This document shows positions 1-12,188 of a stretch of DNA of 64,000 bases, piece by piece. Made by a program: the position numbers and the translations under genes. Location of the stretch: NCBI RefSeq assembly GCF_006345805.1, contig NC_043020.1:1364001-1428000 (forward strand), given 5' to 3'. The notes beneath the pieces were generated by a model. It saw only the letters and a list, made by a program, of their open reading frames with translations. It made no database searches and had not been told where the DNA came from. Position 1 is the stretch's first letter. Each line of letters opens with the position of its first letter. This DNA comes from Octopus sinensis (lineage: Eukaryota).

Positions 1-105
1 GCATGGCTGTGTTTTGTTTTCAGAATTAACTGAATAATAAACAGTGTATTTCAATGGAAATTGGGGTAACAAAAGGGTTGAGTTGTCTAATTCTTGGCGA
101 CTTAC

Positions 106-261
106 CTTTGAAATGAGCTTTGGTGCAGGTTTTCCAGGAATCAAAGCTGTACTGATAAGAATATCAACTTCTTTACACTGTTTAGCAAACAAAGCCATTT
201 CTGCTTCAATGAATTCTTTGGACATTGTCTTGGCATAACCTCCGGTACCTTCACCAGATTC
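106..261 (-). CDS. NNT: NNT coding exon 3; the gene continues beyond the left edge of the window
   Basis: Acceptor TTTTCTTGCAG|GAA and donor AAG|GTAAG; 156 nt = [52 protein letters not shown], matching the domain I mobile loop and TALIPG motif. Confidence 0.97.
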
Positions 262-705
262 CTGCAAGAAAATATTTAAAAAAAAAAACATTAGTTTTAT
301 TTCTAAGTTGGCTGAAAAGAAAAAAAAAATTTTAACTTAAAAAAATGCACTCAAGACTACTTTTGATGGTCTCAGATGGATTGGCATCAAAGGAGAATGG
401 AGCTGTGCCCGTGGTGCGTTTAATTTGATGGGATTGGATGATGAAGGGGCTGTATCCCATGAACTTGTGTTCCTTAACTGAGTTTTATTTCGACATGTGC
501 ATGGTGTTTTTATTCTTTTCCAAGTTACGAATTCAGTGTGCACATGCGCATTAATACTTCTCTTTCTTGGTTCCTACTGAAAAATGTTTACAGATCACAA
601 CCATCTCACAAACCTATGTTCGTGAAGAGCACTTCATGTTCCAATATTTGTGTAAATAAAAGAATAAAATGGAGTGGTGGGGAGGAGGAAAACAACAGAA
701 CTGAC

Positions 706-893
706 CTTGATATTGACTTCCAGGAATTCTGCACCAAATGACTCGACTTGTTCTTTCACTGCGGCCCTGGTATCAAAAGCCCTTACTATAGCCCCCATGT
801 TTTTGGCAGTGCCAACAGCAGACAAACCGGCCACACCGCCTCCAATGACGAGTACTTTGGCAGGTGGTACTTTTCCAGCGGCAGTGATTTGAC
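706..893 (-). CDS. NNT: NNT coding exon 2 (NAD(H)-binding Rossmann motif)
   Basis: Acceptor CTTCTCCTTCGCAG|GT and donor AAG|GTCAG; 188 nt. In frame with the previous exon it gives (G)[62 protein letters not shown]. Confidence 0.97.
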
Positions 894-987
894 CTGCGAA
901 GGAGAAGAGGGACAGAAGAAAAAATAAGATATCAACAAAAGTTTAATTTCAAAGTTAATTTGAAGCTGGGTTTTTTTCTTAATTATA

Positions 988-1372
988 GGCACAGGAGTGG
1001 CTGTGTGGTAAGTAGCTTGCTTACCAACCACATGGTTCCAGGTTCAGTCCCACTGCGTGGCATCTTGGGCAAGTCTCTTCTACTATAGCCCCGGACCGAC
1101 CAATGCCTTGTGAGTGGATTTAGGAGACGGAAACTGAAAGAAGCCTGTCGTATATATGTATATATGTATGTGTGTGTATGTCTGTGTTTATCTCCCTAGC
1201 ATCGCTTGACAACCAATGCTGGTGTGTTTACGTCCCTGTCACTTAGCGGTTCGGCAAAAGAGACCGATAGAATAAGTACTGGGCTTACAAAGAATAAGTC
1301 CCGGGGTCGATTTGCTCAACTAAAGGCAGTGCTCCAGCATGGCCGCAGTCAAATGACTGAAACAAATTATAG
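988..1372 (+). mobile_element. tRNA-derived SINE, family A (CORE-like), near full length, in an NNT intron
   Basis: Head GGAGTGGCTGTGTGGTAAG with B-box-like GGTTCAGTCCC, then CTTGGGCAAGT (resembles the start of the CORE/MIR domain), an internal (TA)/(TG) microsatellite and tail ...CAGCATGGCCGCAGTCAAATGACTGAAAC. Many copies elsewhere in the window. Confidence 0.85.
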
Positions 1373-1412
1373 AATAAAAAAGAATACACATTTATACATG
1401 TGTGTGTGTGTG

Positions 1413-1443
<31 letters not shown>

Positions 1444-2411
1444 AAGCTTCCAATTTCTGTCAAGCAAATTCACCCACAAGGCATTAGTCAGCCCAGGGCT
1501 ACAGAAGACGATACGTGTCCAAGGTGCAACAGAGTGGAACTGGATTTGGAAACCATATAGTTGCAAAATGGGCTTCTAAACCACATGACATTCTTGCACC
1601 TAAAGAGCAAATGCCAGCAGAATGTAAGCCCTTCATAGGGCTTTCCATGCTGGACATATCAAAGGACAGATGCAAGACCAATATGGACCACATCTTGCCA
1701 GAAGCAAAAAGGGGTCAGCATAGGGTCAACTTCACTAAGAAAAAAATAAAATAAATAAAGCAAAAATACAGGGGCATTGATGATTGATTTGAAACCAACA
1801 AGACTTGAGAGAGGAAGGCTTCTCCTCAGGGAGCCGGGACCTGGTACAGCAAAATCCAAAAGGAAGTTGCAGGGATCCAACTGAAGAAAAGCAGAAAAAG
1901 ACAGCCCAGAGTTGAGAACAGAAGAGAAAAGTTATCGGTGGGGGCTTTGATCCATAGGGATCAAAGGGCTTAAGGGCTGTAAGTAAAAACAGCTTTCATG
2001 TTGTCACTCAAACAGAAAGAAATAGTAGCCAATCCTCCCTCAAATGAAGTAGGATACAAATAATGCAATCCAACATACTCTTGATAAAAATGGGAAGGTC
2101 ACAGCTAGAGTGCCTTCAGTAATGTTTGTCCAAGAGTGGTAGACCTGGTGTTAAACAACAACACCAACACCAACAACAACAGCCGTCCAAGAATTTGGAC
2201 CTGGAGATCTCCATTTCCAGTGACTTCGAGGGCCATCTCCCAGTGGTGTCGGGCGTCAACGAAGAGCCCTCAACTACAACAAGACGACCAAAGTTTTTTT
2301 TTCCAAGGTCTGGGGGTCTCCCGCCCCTAAGCCATCACCTAATCACCCTTATCCGTCTTGTTGCTTAACAACAACAACAACACTAACGTTGATAGCAAAA
2401 TTAAATCTCAC

Positions 2412-3024
2412 CTGTGAAAAATCTTCCAAAGTTGTTTGCAGCTTCTAAAACAGCTTTGTAGCCAGCAATATTGGCCATTGAACTGAGAGCATCAAAAACC
2501 TGAGCCCTACTGATTCTGGGAACACAGTCCATAGCAAAAACGGTTAGTTTCTTCTGGGCCAACAAATCTACAAGTTCCTTGTTCTGGGCTGGATATAGGA
2601 AGCTGATGAGTGTTGTGTTGTCTTGAAATAACGGCACTTCTTCAGGAAGCGGGCTTCTTACTTTGAGAATGAAATCATTCTTGTAAATTGCCGATTTGTC
2701 AACAATGGCAGCACCGGAAGCTGCATAGTCATCGTTCATGAATTTTGCTTCGGTGCCAGCGTTTTCCTCGATGGCGACTTTAAAACCCTTCTTGGTCAAC
2801 GTGGCCACACTTGCCGGGGAAACTGCAACTCGCCTTTCATTTGGAAATATCTCTTTGGGGATACCGATGCTGAGGTTTTTGTAAGGAGTTCCTGGTACGG
2901 TGCCCTCGGAGGAAAGGCGGAAGGCAGTTGTCTTCAGACCACGACTGCATCGTGCAGAGACTTTTAGCACACTGGATCCTAGGTTTCCTGCCAAAAGGGC
3001 AGTTTGGTGAAGCCGGAGTAACAT
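2412..3024 (-). CDS. NNT: NAD(P) transhydrogenase, mitochondrial: first coding exon (presequence + start of domain I)
   Basis: Translates to MLLRLHQTALL...LSIGIPKEIFPNERRVAVSP...MDCVPRISRAQVFDALSSMANIAGYKAVLEAANNFGRFFTG, the NNT/PntA domain I signature. ATG at 3024-3022. The exon ends at the donor ACAG|GTGAG (phase 1) after 2412. An upstream acceptor TTTATTTCTCTTTGCAG|C shows the exon starts at 3049 with 25 nt of 5'UTR. Confidence 0.97.
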
Positions 3025-3216
3025 CCTGCCAACTTCAAAGATATTTTAGCTGCAAAGAGAAATAAAAACAACAATTAGTAAAAGAAAATAAAACATTCCA
3101 AAATTCAAACAATTTTGCAGTTATCACAAGATGAAGAAATCTGAAGATAAGAATGATAGACAGAACATCATCTATCCAATAATAATAATAATAATAATAA
3201 TAATTATTATTATTAT

Positions 3217-3442
3217 TTCTTTACTACCCACAAGGGGCTAAACACAGAGGGGACAAACAAGGACAGACAAACGAATTAAGTCGAATATATCGACCCCAGT
3301 GCATAACTGGTACTTAATTTATCGACCCTGAAAGGATGAAAGGCAAAGTCGACCTCGGCTGAATTTGAACCCAGAATGTAACGGCAGACAAAATACAGCT
3401 ACGCATTTCACCCGGCGTGCTAATGTTTCTGCCAGCTTGCCC
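3217..3442 (-). mobile_element. tRNA-derived SINE, family B (MetaSINE-like centre), (TAA)n-tailed copy
   Basis: On the minus strand: head GGCAAGCTGGCAGAAACATTAGC, B-box GGTTCAAATTC and centre GACTTTGCCTTTCATCCTTTCAGGGTCGATAAATTAAGTACC. More than ten copies in the window. The MetaSINE resemblance is from memory. Confidence 0.85.
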
Positions 3443-3606
3443 TTTCTACTAAAGGCTCAAGGCCTGAAATTTTGGGGTAGGGGACTAGTCAATTACATTG
3501 ACCCTAGTGTTTCACTGGTGCTCATTTTATCGACAAATTTCACCTGTCGCTATGTTCTAAGATCTACAAAATTGGCCGGTCGCAAAATAAGCAATAAGAA
3601 TAAAAC

Positions 3607-3828
3607 TACCTATTTCTTTACTACCCACAAGAGGCTAAACACAGAAGGGACAAAGGGATTAAGTCGATTACATCGACCCCAGTGCGTAAGTGGTACTTAT
3701 TTAATCGACCCCGAGAGGATGGAAGGCAAAGTTGACCTCAGCGGAATTTGAACTCAGAACGTAGCGCCAGACGAAATACCACTAAGCATTTCTCCCGGCA
3801 TGCTAACCTTTCTGCTAACTCACTGCCT
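3607..3828 (-). mobile_element. SINE family B copy
   Basis: Same head, centre and tail as 3217-3442; the tail ends ...AAAGAAATAG-GTA. Confidence 0.8.
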
Positions 3829-6677
3829 TGAATAGAACTACCAACATAATAATAATAATAATAATAATATGCTCTGATGAAGTACCAGGCACTGGCTGTC
3901 AAAGCTTTTGATCTTAATTGATTGGCCGTGCTATCATGTACATGTTTTGTTTTATAAAAAAAAAAGGGCTGCAGCAAATATTCTGCTCAATACCACAGAT
4001 CTGCTGGTCAGTTGTTTAACCTTAACAAGTTGACCATGTCTCTTAAGGGCTGACGAAGTGTGCATTTCTGATCACAAACAGAAGTAGTAGGGGGAGCATC
4101 ATAGCCATGTGTTGAGTTCTTTGAGGTTTGAACCATCAACCTCTAGAAAAATAGGTGTTTTGTTCATTATCCTTAAACAACCCATATTCAGGAACCTTTT
4201 GAGTGGGATGGGCCACTTAACCTGAAGAAAGTTCTAACTGGACTTCACCTGCAAGGTACAAATATACAAAGCCCAATATACCCTTCATGACTATCCATCT
4301 GGTAAGGGTACACTGTTTATCTTGATATAAGATCACCATGTCAGGAATATGGTTGTGATGCATGTGCTTGGTGTACCCTTATCAGATGGATAGTCATGAT
4401 GGGTATATTGGGATTTGTATATTTGTACCCCAGTGTCACTTTGATAGGATGTGCTGCCCTCTCACTCAATAATGGTTTAAAATCTTAGCACAAAACCAGC
4501 AATTCTAGGAGGGGGCCTAAGTCAGTAAATGACCCCAGTGCTTGAATGGTAATCCATTTTATTGATCCTGGTGAGATGAAAGGCAGAGTTGACTGAAGCG
4601 GAAATTGAATTCAGAACATGATAAGCTGGAAGAAATACAGTTGTGCGTTTCGTCTGACGCTGTAAGAATTCTGCCAATTTGCTGCCTTATTCTTTCATAT
4701 TTTGGCACAGTGTCAGCAAATCTGAGGAGAGGGGTTTAGCTAATACCATTGATGTCAGCACTTGATTGATGCTGTCTGTTAAAGGAGGGCACAAGCACTT
4801 TCACACACACAACAGAAACTTCCTCCAACCAAATTCAATTACAAGCTTCACAAAAGCTGAGGCTATAGCAGAAGACACATGCCCAAGGTGACACAGAGTA
4901 GGACTGAACCCAAAACCATGTGGTTCAACAGTAAGCTTCTTAACCACACAGCCATTTAAACCCTGAAAGGATTAAAGGCAAAGTTGACCTTACTAGGATT
5001 TGAACTCAGAACATAAAGAGCAAGAACAAAGACCACTAAGCATTCTATCCAATGCACTAATTAATGATATGCACATGGCTTAGTGGCTGCGGTATTTGGC
5101 TCATGATCGTAAGGTCTTTAGTTCAATTCCTGGTGGTGTGTTGAGTCCTTAAGCAAGACACTTTATTTCACATTGCTCCACTCCACTCAGCTGGCAACAA
5201 TGAGCTGTGCCTGTATTAGTAACAAGGCAGTCAATTAACAGAGTCGTTAGCATATCAAATAGACTGCTCTGTGGTAATTCTTCCAGGGCTCTATACACTG
5301 AGTTCAAATCTCACCAAGATTTTCTCCCGCTCTCTCTTTGCATTTGTCTGTCTTTCTGGAAGGAATCAGCTGTGATCAGACTTGGAGAGAGATGGGTCTA
5401 CCAAGTCTAAAAATACTCAAGACATACCACATACCAATCACAATGGTGCAAGTGGCTGAGTACTCCACAGACACGTGTACCCCTAGCATAGTTCTCAGGG
5501 AGATTTAGCGCGACACAGAGTGTGATAAGGCCGCCCTTTGAAGTACAGGTACAACTTATATTTGCCAGCTGAGTGGACTGGAGCAACGTGAAATAAAGTG
5601 TCTTGCTCAAGGACTCAATGCATCACTGGGAATTGAACTCACGACCTTACAATCATGAGCTGAATGCCCTAACCACTAAGCCACGCACCTTCACTAGTGA
5701 GATCAAGTAACTTGCAACCTTTATGCTAGGTGATGAGGCTGAAGTATGATTAAGGTACAGACAGGTGTCTTGCAGTAGGGGGCATACATGGTTACCCCAG
5801 CTGAAGACGTGTAGTGGTAACAGAAAAGTAAAACCCAAATAAAACAAGGACCTGAGACGGGGCCACGGAGGTTGGGGTCAACTTGCTGGGAACTCAACTC
5901 TCGGGTCATGCTCTGACCTCTGCAATAACAGCAGAGACGTCAATACCGAATTAGCGAACTAAAGAATGGACCTCTACGTGGTCGAACGACCTGCTAGAAA
6001 TAACAAACAAATCTCCCTCAAACTACATATAACAGGATTTTAAAAAAAAAATAGTGTTAGACATAAAATATTCGAATGAAATTGGAAAATTCTTTATTGA
6101 TTTATTTTTATATATGTGAGTGTTCGATAATCTCGAGCAAATGAAAGGCAATGCGAAAAGTGAGTGTGTGTGTGTGTGTCGCAATCATCAGCGCATGTAA
6201 GACATTACTGAAAACAAGGTATAAAAAAGTTAATTAATTAATTAATTAAATTTCCATAAACTGCCGAGAACGTCGAGAAATCAGCTGGCAACATTTTGAC
6301 AGTTGGCCACGCTTAGAAAGCTTGCCCGAGTTTGGGATGATTAACGACTGTATTAGGCGTTGTTTGATCAATAGACCTTGCTCTATCGCGGCTGACCTTG
6401 TGTTAAACAACAACAAAAGACCATAATTGTAATTGTCGGAATGTTCTTTGAGCACAGGTGTGATCAAGGTGTTAGAACAAACACAGGCTAACCAGTGTGA
6501 AGAGAAAGTAATTAGGAAAATACCATTGGAGTGTGATTTATGAATGATTGAAATATAAAGAAGACTCCTACATCAATTAGACACACATTGTGACCCATAG
6601 AAAGCGAGAAATCAACAGCTAACATGCACATACTGAGAAAAATAGCATGTGTGTGTGTGTGTGTACAGAGAGACAGG

Positions 6678-6874
6678 TACTACTTAAGAAGAGTGGTCCC
6701 GGTGCGCGCACTCGCGCATCCGCACTAGCTAGTCGCGACTAGTCGATCCTTACTTTGTGCTTTTGTGTTTTATTTACTTTGCTAGGTAGTCGTTGTGGGA
6801 TCGACTAGTCACGACTAGCTAGCGCGGATGCGCGGGTACGCGAGTGTGCGCACCGGAACCACTCTTCTTAAGTA
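6678..6874. mobile_element. CpG-rich fold-back MITE, arms ~70-80 bp
   Basis: TACTTAAGAAGAGTGGTCCCGGTGCGCGCAC...GACTAGTCGATCC is the reverse complement of GGATCGACTAGTC...GCGCACCGGAACCACTCTTCTTAAGTA. Related half copies at 6878-6983 and 8674-8795, and a related copy at 50946-51228. Confidence 0.8.
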
Positions 6875-6983
6875 CGGTACTACTAGCGAATAGTGGTCCC
6901 CGTGCGCGCATCCGCGCTAGCTAGTCGTAAGTAGTCGATCCTACAACGACTCCCCAGCAAAGTAAATAAAACATAAATAAATT

Positions 6984-7805
6984 GGCGAAGTTTCGTATGT
7001 CGTAGATCAGATTTCCGTCGATTTCCGTAAAAAACTTTTATTTTTTTACATAAGTAATGAGAGCGAAAGAGACTAAGAGGAAGCGATTTTACGACGAGAA
7101 GGTTTCACTTTGAAATCGGCCTGTGTGCGTTTGATGGGGTGTGGGAGACAGACAGTATGTTGTGTAAGTGAAGTGCTTCTGTTAGTGTGTGCGAAGAGAC
7201 AGAGAGAGTAATGTGTGAAAGAGAGAGATAACTGATTTTTTACTCGGTGTATGTGTATATGTATGTATGCATGTATGTGTGTGTGTGTGTATGTATCTAT
7301 GTATGTGTGTGTGTTTATGTATGTATGTATGTATGTATGGCCGGCATAGACTTTTCACACAGAACATTACCAATCGGATTTTGTCACTTTTCCTTACACA
7401 TTTTGTACTGTTCGTTCCTTTTGCTGCACAACACAATGTTTACACATGCATATATATGCATGCTTGCACCCAGTTTCTGTGCACCTCTATAGACTATTAA
7501 CTTTTTTTTTCCTTGAATGCAACTCTTTTCTCATGAGAAGAATATCTCCTCATTTTATAACTCTCCATCTTTTTCTTACCATTTCACCATCGTCACATCA
7601 ACAGAGACATTAAGGCTGCACAGTAGCAGTCGACAAGGCATGTATAACGATTAAATAAAAAAAATTTTGTCTATATCTTCGATCACTGTCATTATTCCAT
7701 TGAGTCAACCTCATTATTTTCTACATAGCAGACTGTTACATAAACAGGCGCCGCAAGGTAATCTTTCGTTTTAATTCGAAATAATGTAAACACTGAATCG
7801 GCCAT

Positions 7806-7837
<32 letters not shown>

Positions 7838-8270
7838 GTACTTACACACACACACATACATGCAGACATACATATTCACATACACCGAGTAAAAAATTAC
7901 GATGAATCGGCCATACATACATACATACATACATAAACACACACACATACATAGATACATACACACACACACACACATACATGCATACATACATATACAC
8001 ATACACCGAGTAAAAAAATCAGTTATCTCTCTCTTTCACACATTACTCTCTCTGTCTCTTCGCACACACTAACAGAAGCACTTCACTTACACAACATACT
8101 GTCTGTCTCCCACACCCCATCAAACGCACACAGGCCGATTTCAAAGTGAAACCTTCTCGTCGTAAAATCGCTTCCTCTTAGTCTCTTTCGCTCTCATTAC
8201 TTATGTAAAAAAATAAAAGTTTTTTACGGAAATCGACGGAAATCTGTGCTACTACAACCGAAACTATGCC
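6984..8270. mobile_element. Long-TIR non-autonomous DNA element, arms ~350 bp, termini GGC...GCC
   Basis: 7008-7342 is almost exactly the reverse complement of ~7909-8246, with a further ~25 bp of diverged outer TIR. The spacer is non-coding and contains a tandem duplicate of the inner end of the right arm (~7795-7903). No TSD found. Confidence 0.8.
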
Positions 8271-8795
8271 AACATCTTAATTACTGTTTAATATCCTACG
8301 TATATTACCCCGGGGGTAGCAATCGTCAAATCGAGGTACCTTGGTAGTAAGTCGGGTACACTTACTGGTTGGTACTTTCAAATTAACGAGATTTAATAGT
8401 AACCAGGTTGCTTCGAGATTTATTTAAGCTTGTTCTTCGTAGAGTTCGAACCGGTCACTAATTAAGGGACAAGGATTTTTTTGGTTTTGAATCGAAGACA
8501 GTTCCAGGTATTTGTGCATGAGTTTAGTCTGTGCAATAGATGTATAAAAGGTGTGTATATGTGTGTATGTTATAAATTACCTGCAGAAGATGCGTATGTC
8601 TCTCATCGGTAAAAGAAAAAAGAAACTGCAAGTCTGTTTGTCTCTCTATTCCTCTCTATATAGTTGTCTCTCTGGGTATTACTTAAGAAGAGTGGTCCCG
8701 GTGCGCGTAGTCGCGCATCCGCGCTAGCTAGTCGTGACTAGTCGGTCCTTCCTTTGTGTTTTTGTGTGTTATGTACTTTGTGTAAAAAAATTTAT

Positions 8796-8907
8796 GGCAA
8801 TCTTTCGTCTCTAGTAGACCTTTCCGTCGATTTCCGTAAAAAAAAATTTTTTTTTTACATATGGGCTTGCGGGAACTTTTGAGGTCTACTAGAGACGAAA
8901 GATCGCC
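8796..8907. mobile_element. Mini-MITE related to the 6984-8270 element
   Basis: TIR GGCAATCTTTCGTCTCTAGTAGACCT / AGGTCTACTAGAGACGAAAGATCGCC. It shares TTTCCGTCGATTTCCGTAAAAAA with the long element. Flanks AAATTTAT / AAATTATC resemble a degraded 8-bp TSD. Confidence 0.75.
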
Positions 8908-9369
8908 AAATTATCATTTTACATAAGTGAATACTAAGATTAATTAAGCAGAGTTTAATTACGGTTTTATGGTATATTCTGTAGACGTTAAAACAGCACA
9001 CGCGAGAAAATTTTTGCAGGGTTTCGGCGATTCCACACGTGTAGTATAAAATAAATACTTTATAAAGCAAATAACGTTATCAACCGATGATTGCCGGGGA
9101 AATTAATTAAGCTAATTTAATTACCGTTGTATTGTATATTTTATAAACAAAAAGATTATAATTTCGTAGTTGCGTGGACTTTCGAGGATTCCAGCATGTC
9201 GGGTCTACGTGGAACCCCCCTTGTTTAGAGAAATAAGGTCGTTGGTTACGTACGTATTCGACAACTCTACCTGTGTGTGTGTGTACGAACTTATAGAAAA
9301 TAGGAAAGATAGTTACCATCTTGTAAGGCCAACCGTGTAATTGAAGAGCAAATGATATGCGTATTTGTG

Positions 9370-10230
9370 TGTATGTGAGGGCGAGTGAATGAGGGGCATG
9401 TGACAGAAAAGGGGGAAGGCTCTGAAGAAGTTCTTTTTTTTTTAGCCGAGTTTGAGTGAAAGAAAGTGAATGAAGGAGATAGTAATAAAGAAGGAGAGAA
9501 GGAGAGAGAGAACAAGTGAAATGCAGAGATGAGCAAGTGGGGGGGGGGAAGTAGAGGCACGTGAAAGATACGATAGCGAAAGCAGTAAGGGGATGTGTGA
9601 GTAAGAGGGGGAGAAGTGAAAGAGTAAGAAAGAAAGGGGCGAATAATGTAAAGAGAAGAATGTGACGAAGAAGAGATGAGTGTAGAGAAGGAGAGATAAG
9701 GGGGGGAGTGAGAAAGAGAAAAAAGGTAAAGAGAAAACGATATGAGACACTTGAATAGAAGAATGTTTGAAAGAATAAGAGATATGGCGATGAATGGGAG
9801 AAAGAATGTGTGTAGGGAAGAGAGGAAGAACAAAGAGAGAAAAGATGTTGAGAATGGGAGAAAGAGAATGAGAGACAATGTGTTGGAATAGATATAAAAG
9901 GCAAAGAGAGGAGGATGAGGGAAATGAAGAAAGCTAGAGAAGGAGAAAGAGTAAAAAAGAAAGCAAGAAATTGAGTGAGAGAGAAAGAAAGAGACAATAT
10001 GTTGAAATAGATATAAAGGCAAAGAGAGAGAGAGAGAGGAGGAGGAGGGAAATAAAGAAAGCTAGAGAGGGAGAAAGAGTAAAAGGAAGGCAAGAAATTG
10101 AGAGAGAGAGGGGAAGAAAGAAAGACGGTGGAGGTTAAAATGCAGACACACACTAAAGGTGAGAGAAAAAGAAATTGAAGAGAAGAAAAGAAGAATCAGG
10201 CAACGAAAATATAATGAATCAAAGTCAAGA
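9370..10230. repeat. Degenerate polypurine (GA-rich) tract with an internal ~120-bp direct duplication
   Basis: Almost entirely A/G on the plus strand. GAGACAAT(G/A)TGTTG(G/A)AATAGATATAAA...GCAAGAAATTGAG occurs at ~9871 and ~9991. Confidence 0.85.
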
Positions 10231-11594
10231 AGAAAAGCTGCGCTGCTGCAGCCATAGACTTGTAGATTGTGGTAAATAGCAGAGACGGAGATTAGAGGTG
10301 TTTGTTGCTGTTTACACCCAGGTCGTTTACCTATTTCTTTGTTACCCACAAGGGGCCAAACACAGAGGCGACAAACAAGGACAGACATAGGTATTAAGTC
10401 GATTACATCGACCCCAGTGCGTAACTGGTACTTTATTTATCGACCCCGAAAGGACCGACCAAACAGACCTTGGAATCAAACGCATTAGCCATCGTTTTAG
10501 TATCGAGGAAACGGCATTACATTATCTGATGTCTTATTATTATTTTTTTAATCCGATGGGGTAAGAATTGAGGGAGATTGACAGTTATTTCTAGTACATC
10601 AAGCGACCACGTTAATTCGTCTGAGGAAAATATTGATGGTATATGTCCTTTTGGGGTCGATAAATTAAGTACCAGTTACACACTGGAATCGATATAATCG
10701 ACTTAATCCGTTTGTCTGTCCTTGTTTGTCCCCTCTGTGTTTAGCCCCTTGTGGGTAGTAAAGAAATAGGTATATGGTCACTGATCCAACGAAGGAGCCT
10801 GGACGTGGTTGCTAAATCTGCTAGAAATAGCAGTCAAATCACACTCAAATCATATAGCTACCATTTTAAAGGTAGCTCACATTGGATGATGTCGTAGATA
10901 CAGTATAAAAATAATATGTGATGGTCACGGCGATATAGTTTTTGGTCATAGGCCCACTCCATCCAGGCTGACCAGGAGTGACCCCGAAAGGACGAAATGC
11001 AAATTTAACAGAAGTGGAATTTAAACTCAGAAGGTAAAAGAGCCGGAAGAAATACCGCAAAACATTTTGTCCGATGCTCTTGTTGATTCTGGCTACTCAT
11101 TACGTCATCTACCACAAGGGTGTTAAAAGGACAAACTATAAATACAGTGGGTGGTTTACAGAAAACGAGTATGAAGATACAAACATGAAAAAGGGGGAAA
11201 ATGGGGACAGACAGACAGACAAAGAAGATGTAAAACATACCAAGAGAGCAATCAAAAAACACCATGGATCTCGGATTAAAATTAACTATCAATGGACAAG
11301 TACTCTTCCCGAACTATGTTAACCAGTACACAGAAGCATGCTGAGTAGGTCCCCCACTATTCATACTCGCCACTCTTTTAGCAATACACCGGAGGATTGC
11401 AACTATATCTCCACCATCACCGCATCTTCAAATGGAGCTAGAAGTTGTTGAGGGCTTGGTCGATAAAGAAAGTGTTTGTTCTCAATATTGTCCTTCATAC
11501 CTTTTTCGCAGTCACCACCGAGCAGAGGAAAACTGTCAGCCCTTCCCGAGTGGACGATCTTTAAGGATTCGGTTGATAGCCGGATCCGTCCTAC

Positions 11595-12188
11595 ATGCAA
11601 CCACAGTTAATCGACATAACTCCCACATGTCAGCGATGCCCGACAGTAGCACAGCTAGCAGAAAATCTGCTCCGAGGGACGCGTTTATGGGCGCGACAAA
11701 TCGGGGCCTGCATTCATCAGCTCACAACCTTCTACCTGATAGTCATCTATCGCATGCATTGGTACGGACATGTCCTCTGCTTCCCACCAGATCATCCTAC
11801 CAGGACCTTACCCTCGTTCGACACAGCAGCTGCGGGCTGGAAGAGGTCCCGTACCAGATGGCTGGACATAACGAAGGAAGACCTCCAAAGGCTCAACGTC
11901 ATCTAGCAGGATGCAGAGGGAATGGCATGGGACCGCCAGCAATGGAGGGCACTAGAGGACCGCTTCAGGGGCCGATAACCTGGGATGACCCCAGCCTCAT
12001 GAAGCATGGGCCAATGTGAATGACTACAACGGTCCTGATGCAAAGGGAATGGGATGGGACCACCAGCGATGGAGGGCACTAGAGGACCTGGTCAGTTTTA
12101 AACACGATAACGCCTCTGGGGCCGATAATCTGGGATGACCCCAGCTTCATCAAGCAAGAGCATGGGCGAATGTGAGTGACTACAATGA
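11595..12188 (+). mobile_element. RTE-clade LINE 3' relic
   Basis: Translation ...YRMHWYGHVLCFPPDHPTRTL...WKRSRTRWLDITKEDLQRLNVI*QDAEGMAWDRQQWRALED matches the RTE ORF C-terminal pattern (RLRWFGHVLR...RW.D...EDL...A.DR..WR). Contains a stop; the 3' end is duplicated. Confidence 0.75.

Noticed and set aside
1760-1975. Possible additional RTE 3' relic in the NNT intron
   Set aside because: The similarity is too degenerate to call by eye.
9107-10153. 348-aa ORF, the longest in the window, and overlapping 243-aa and 102-aa ORFs
   Set aside because: They are the antisense of a polypurine tract; stop codons are absent for compositional reasons and the L/S/F-rich product has no domain.
11432-12019. 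195-aa ORF as a host gene
   Set aside because: It overlaps an RTE LINE relic in a different frame; the retrotransposon motifs are in the 11595 frame.
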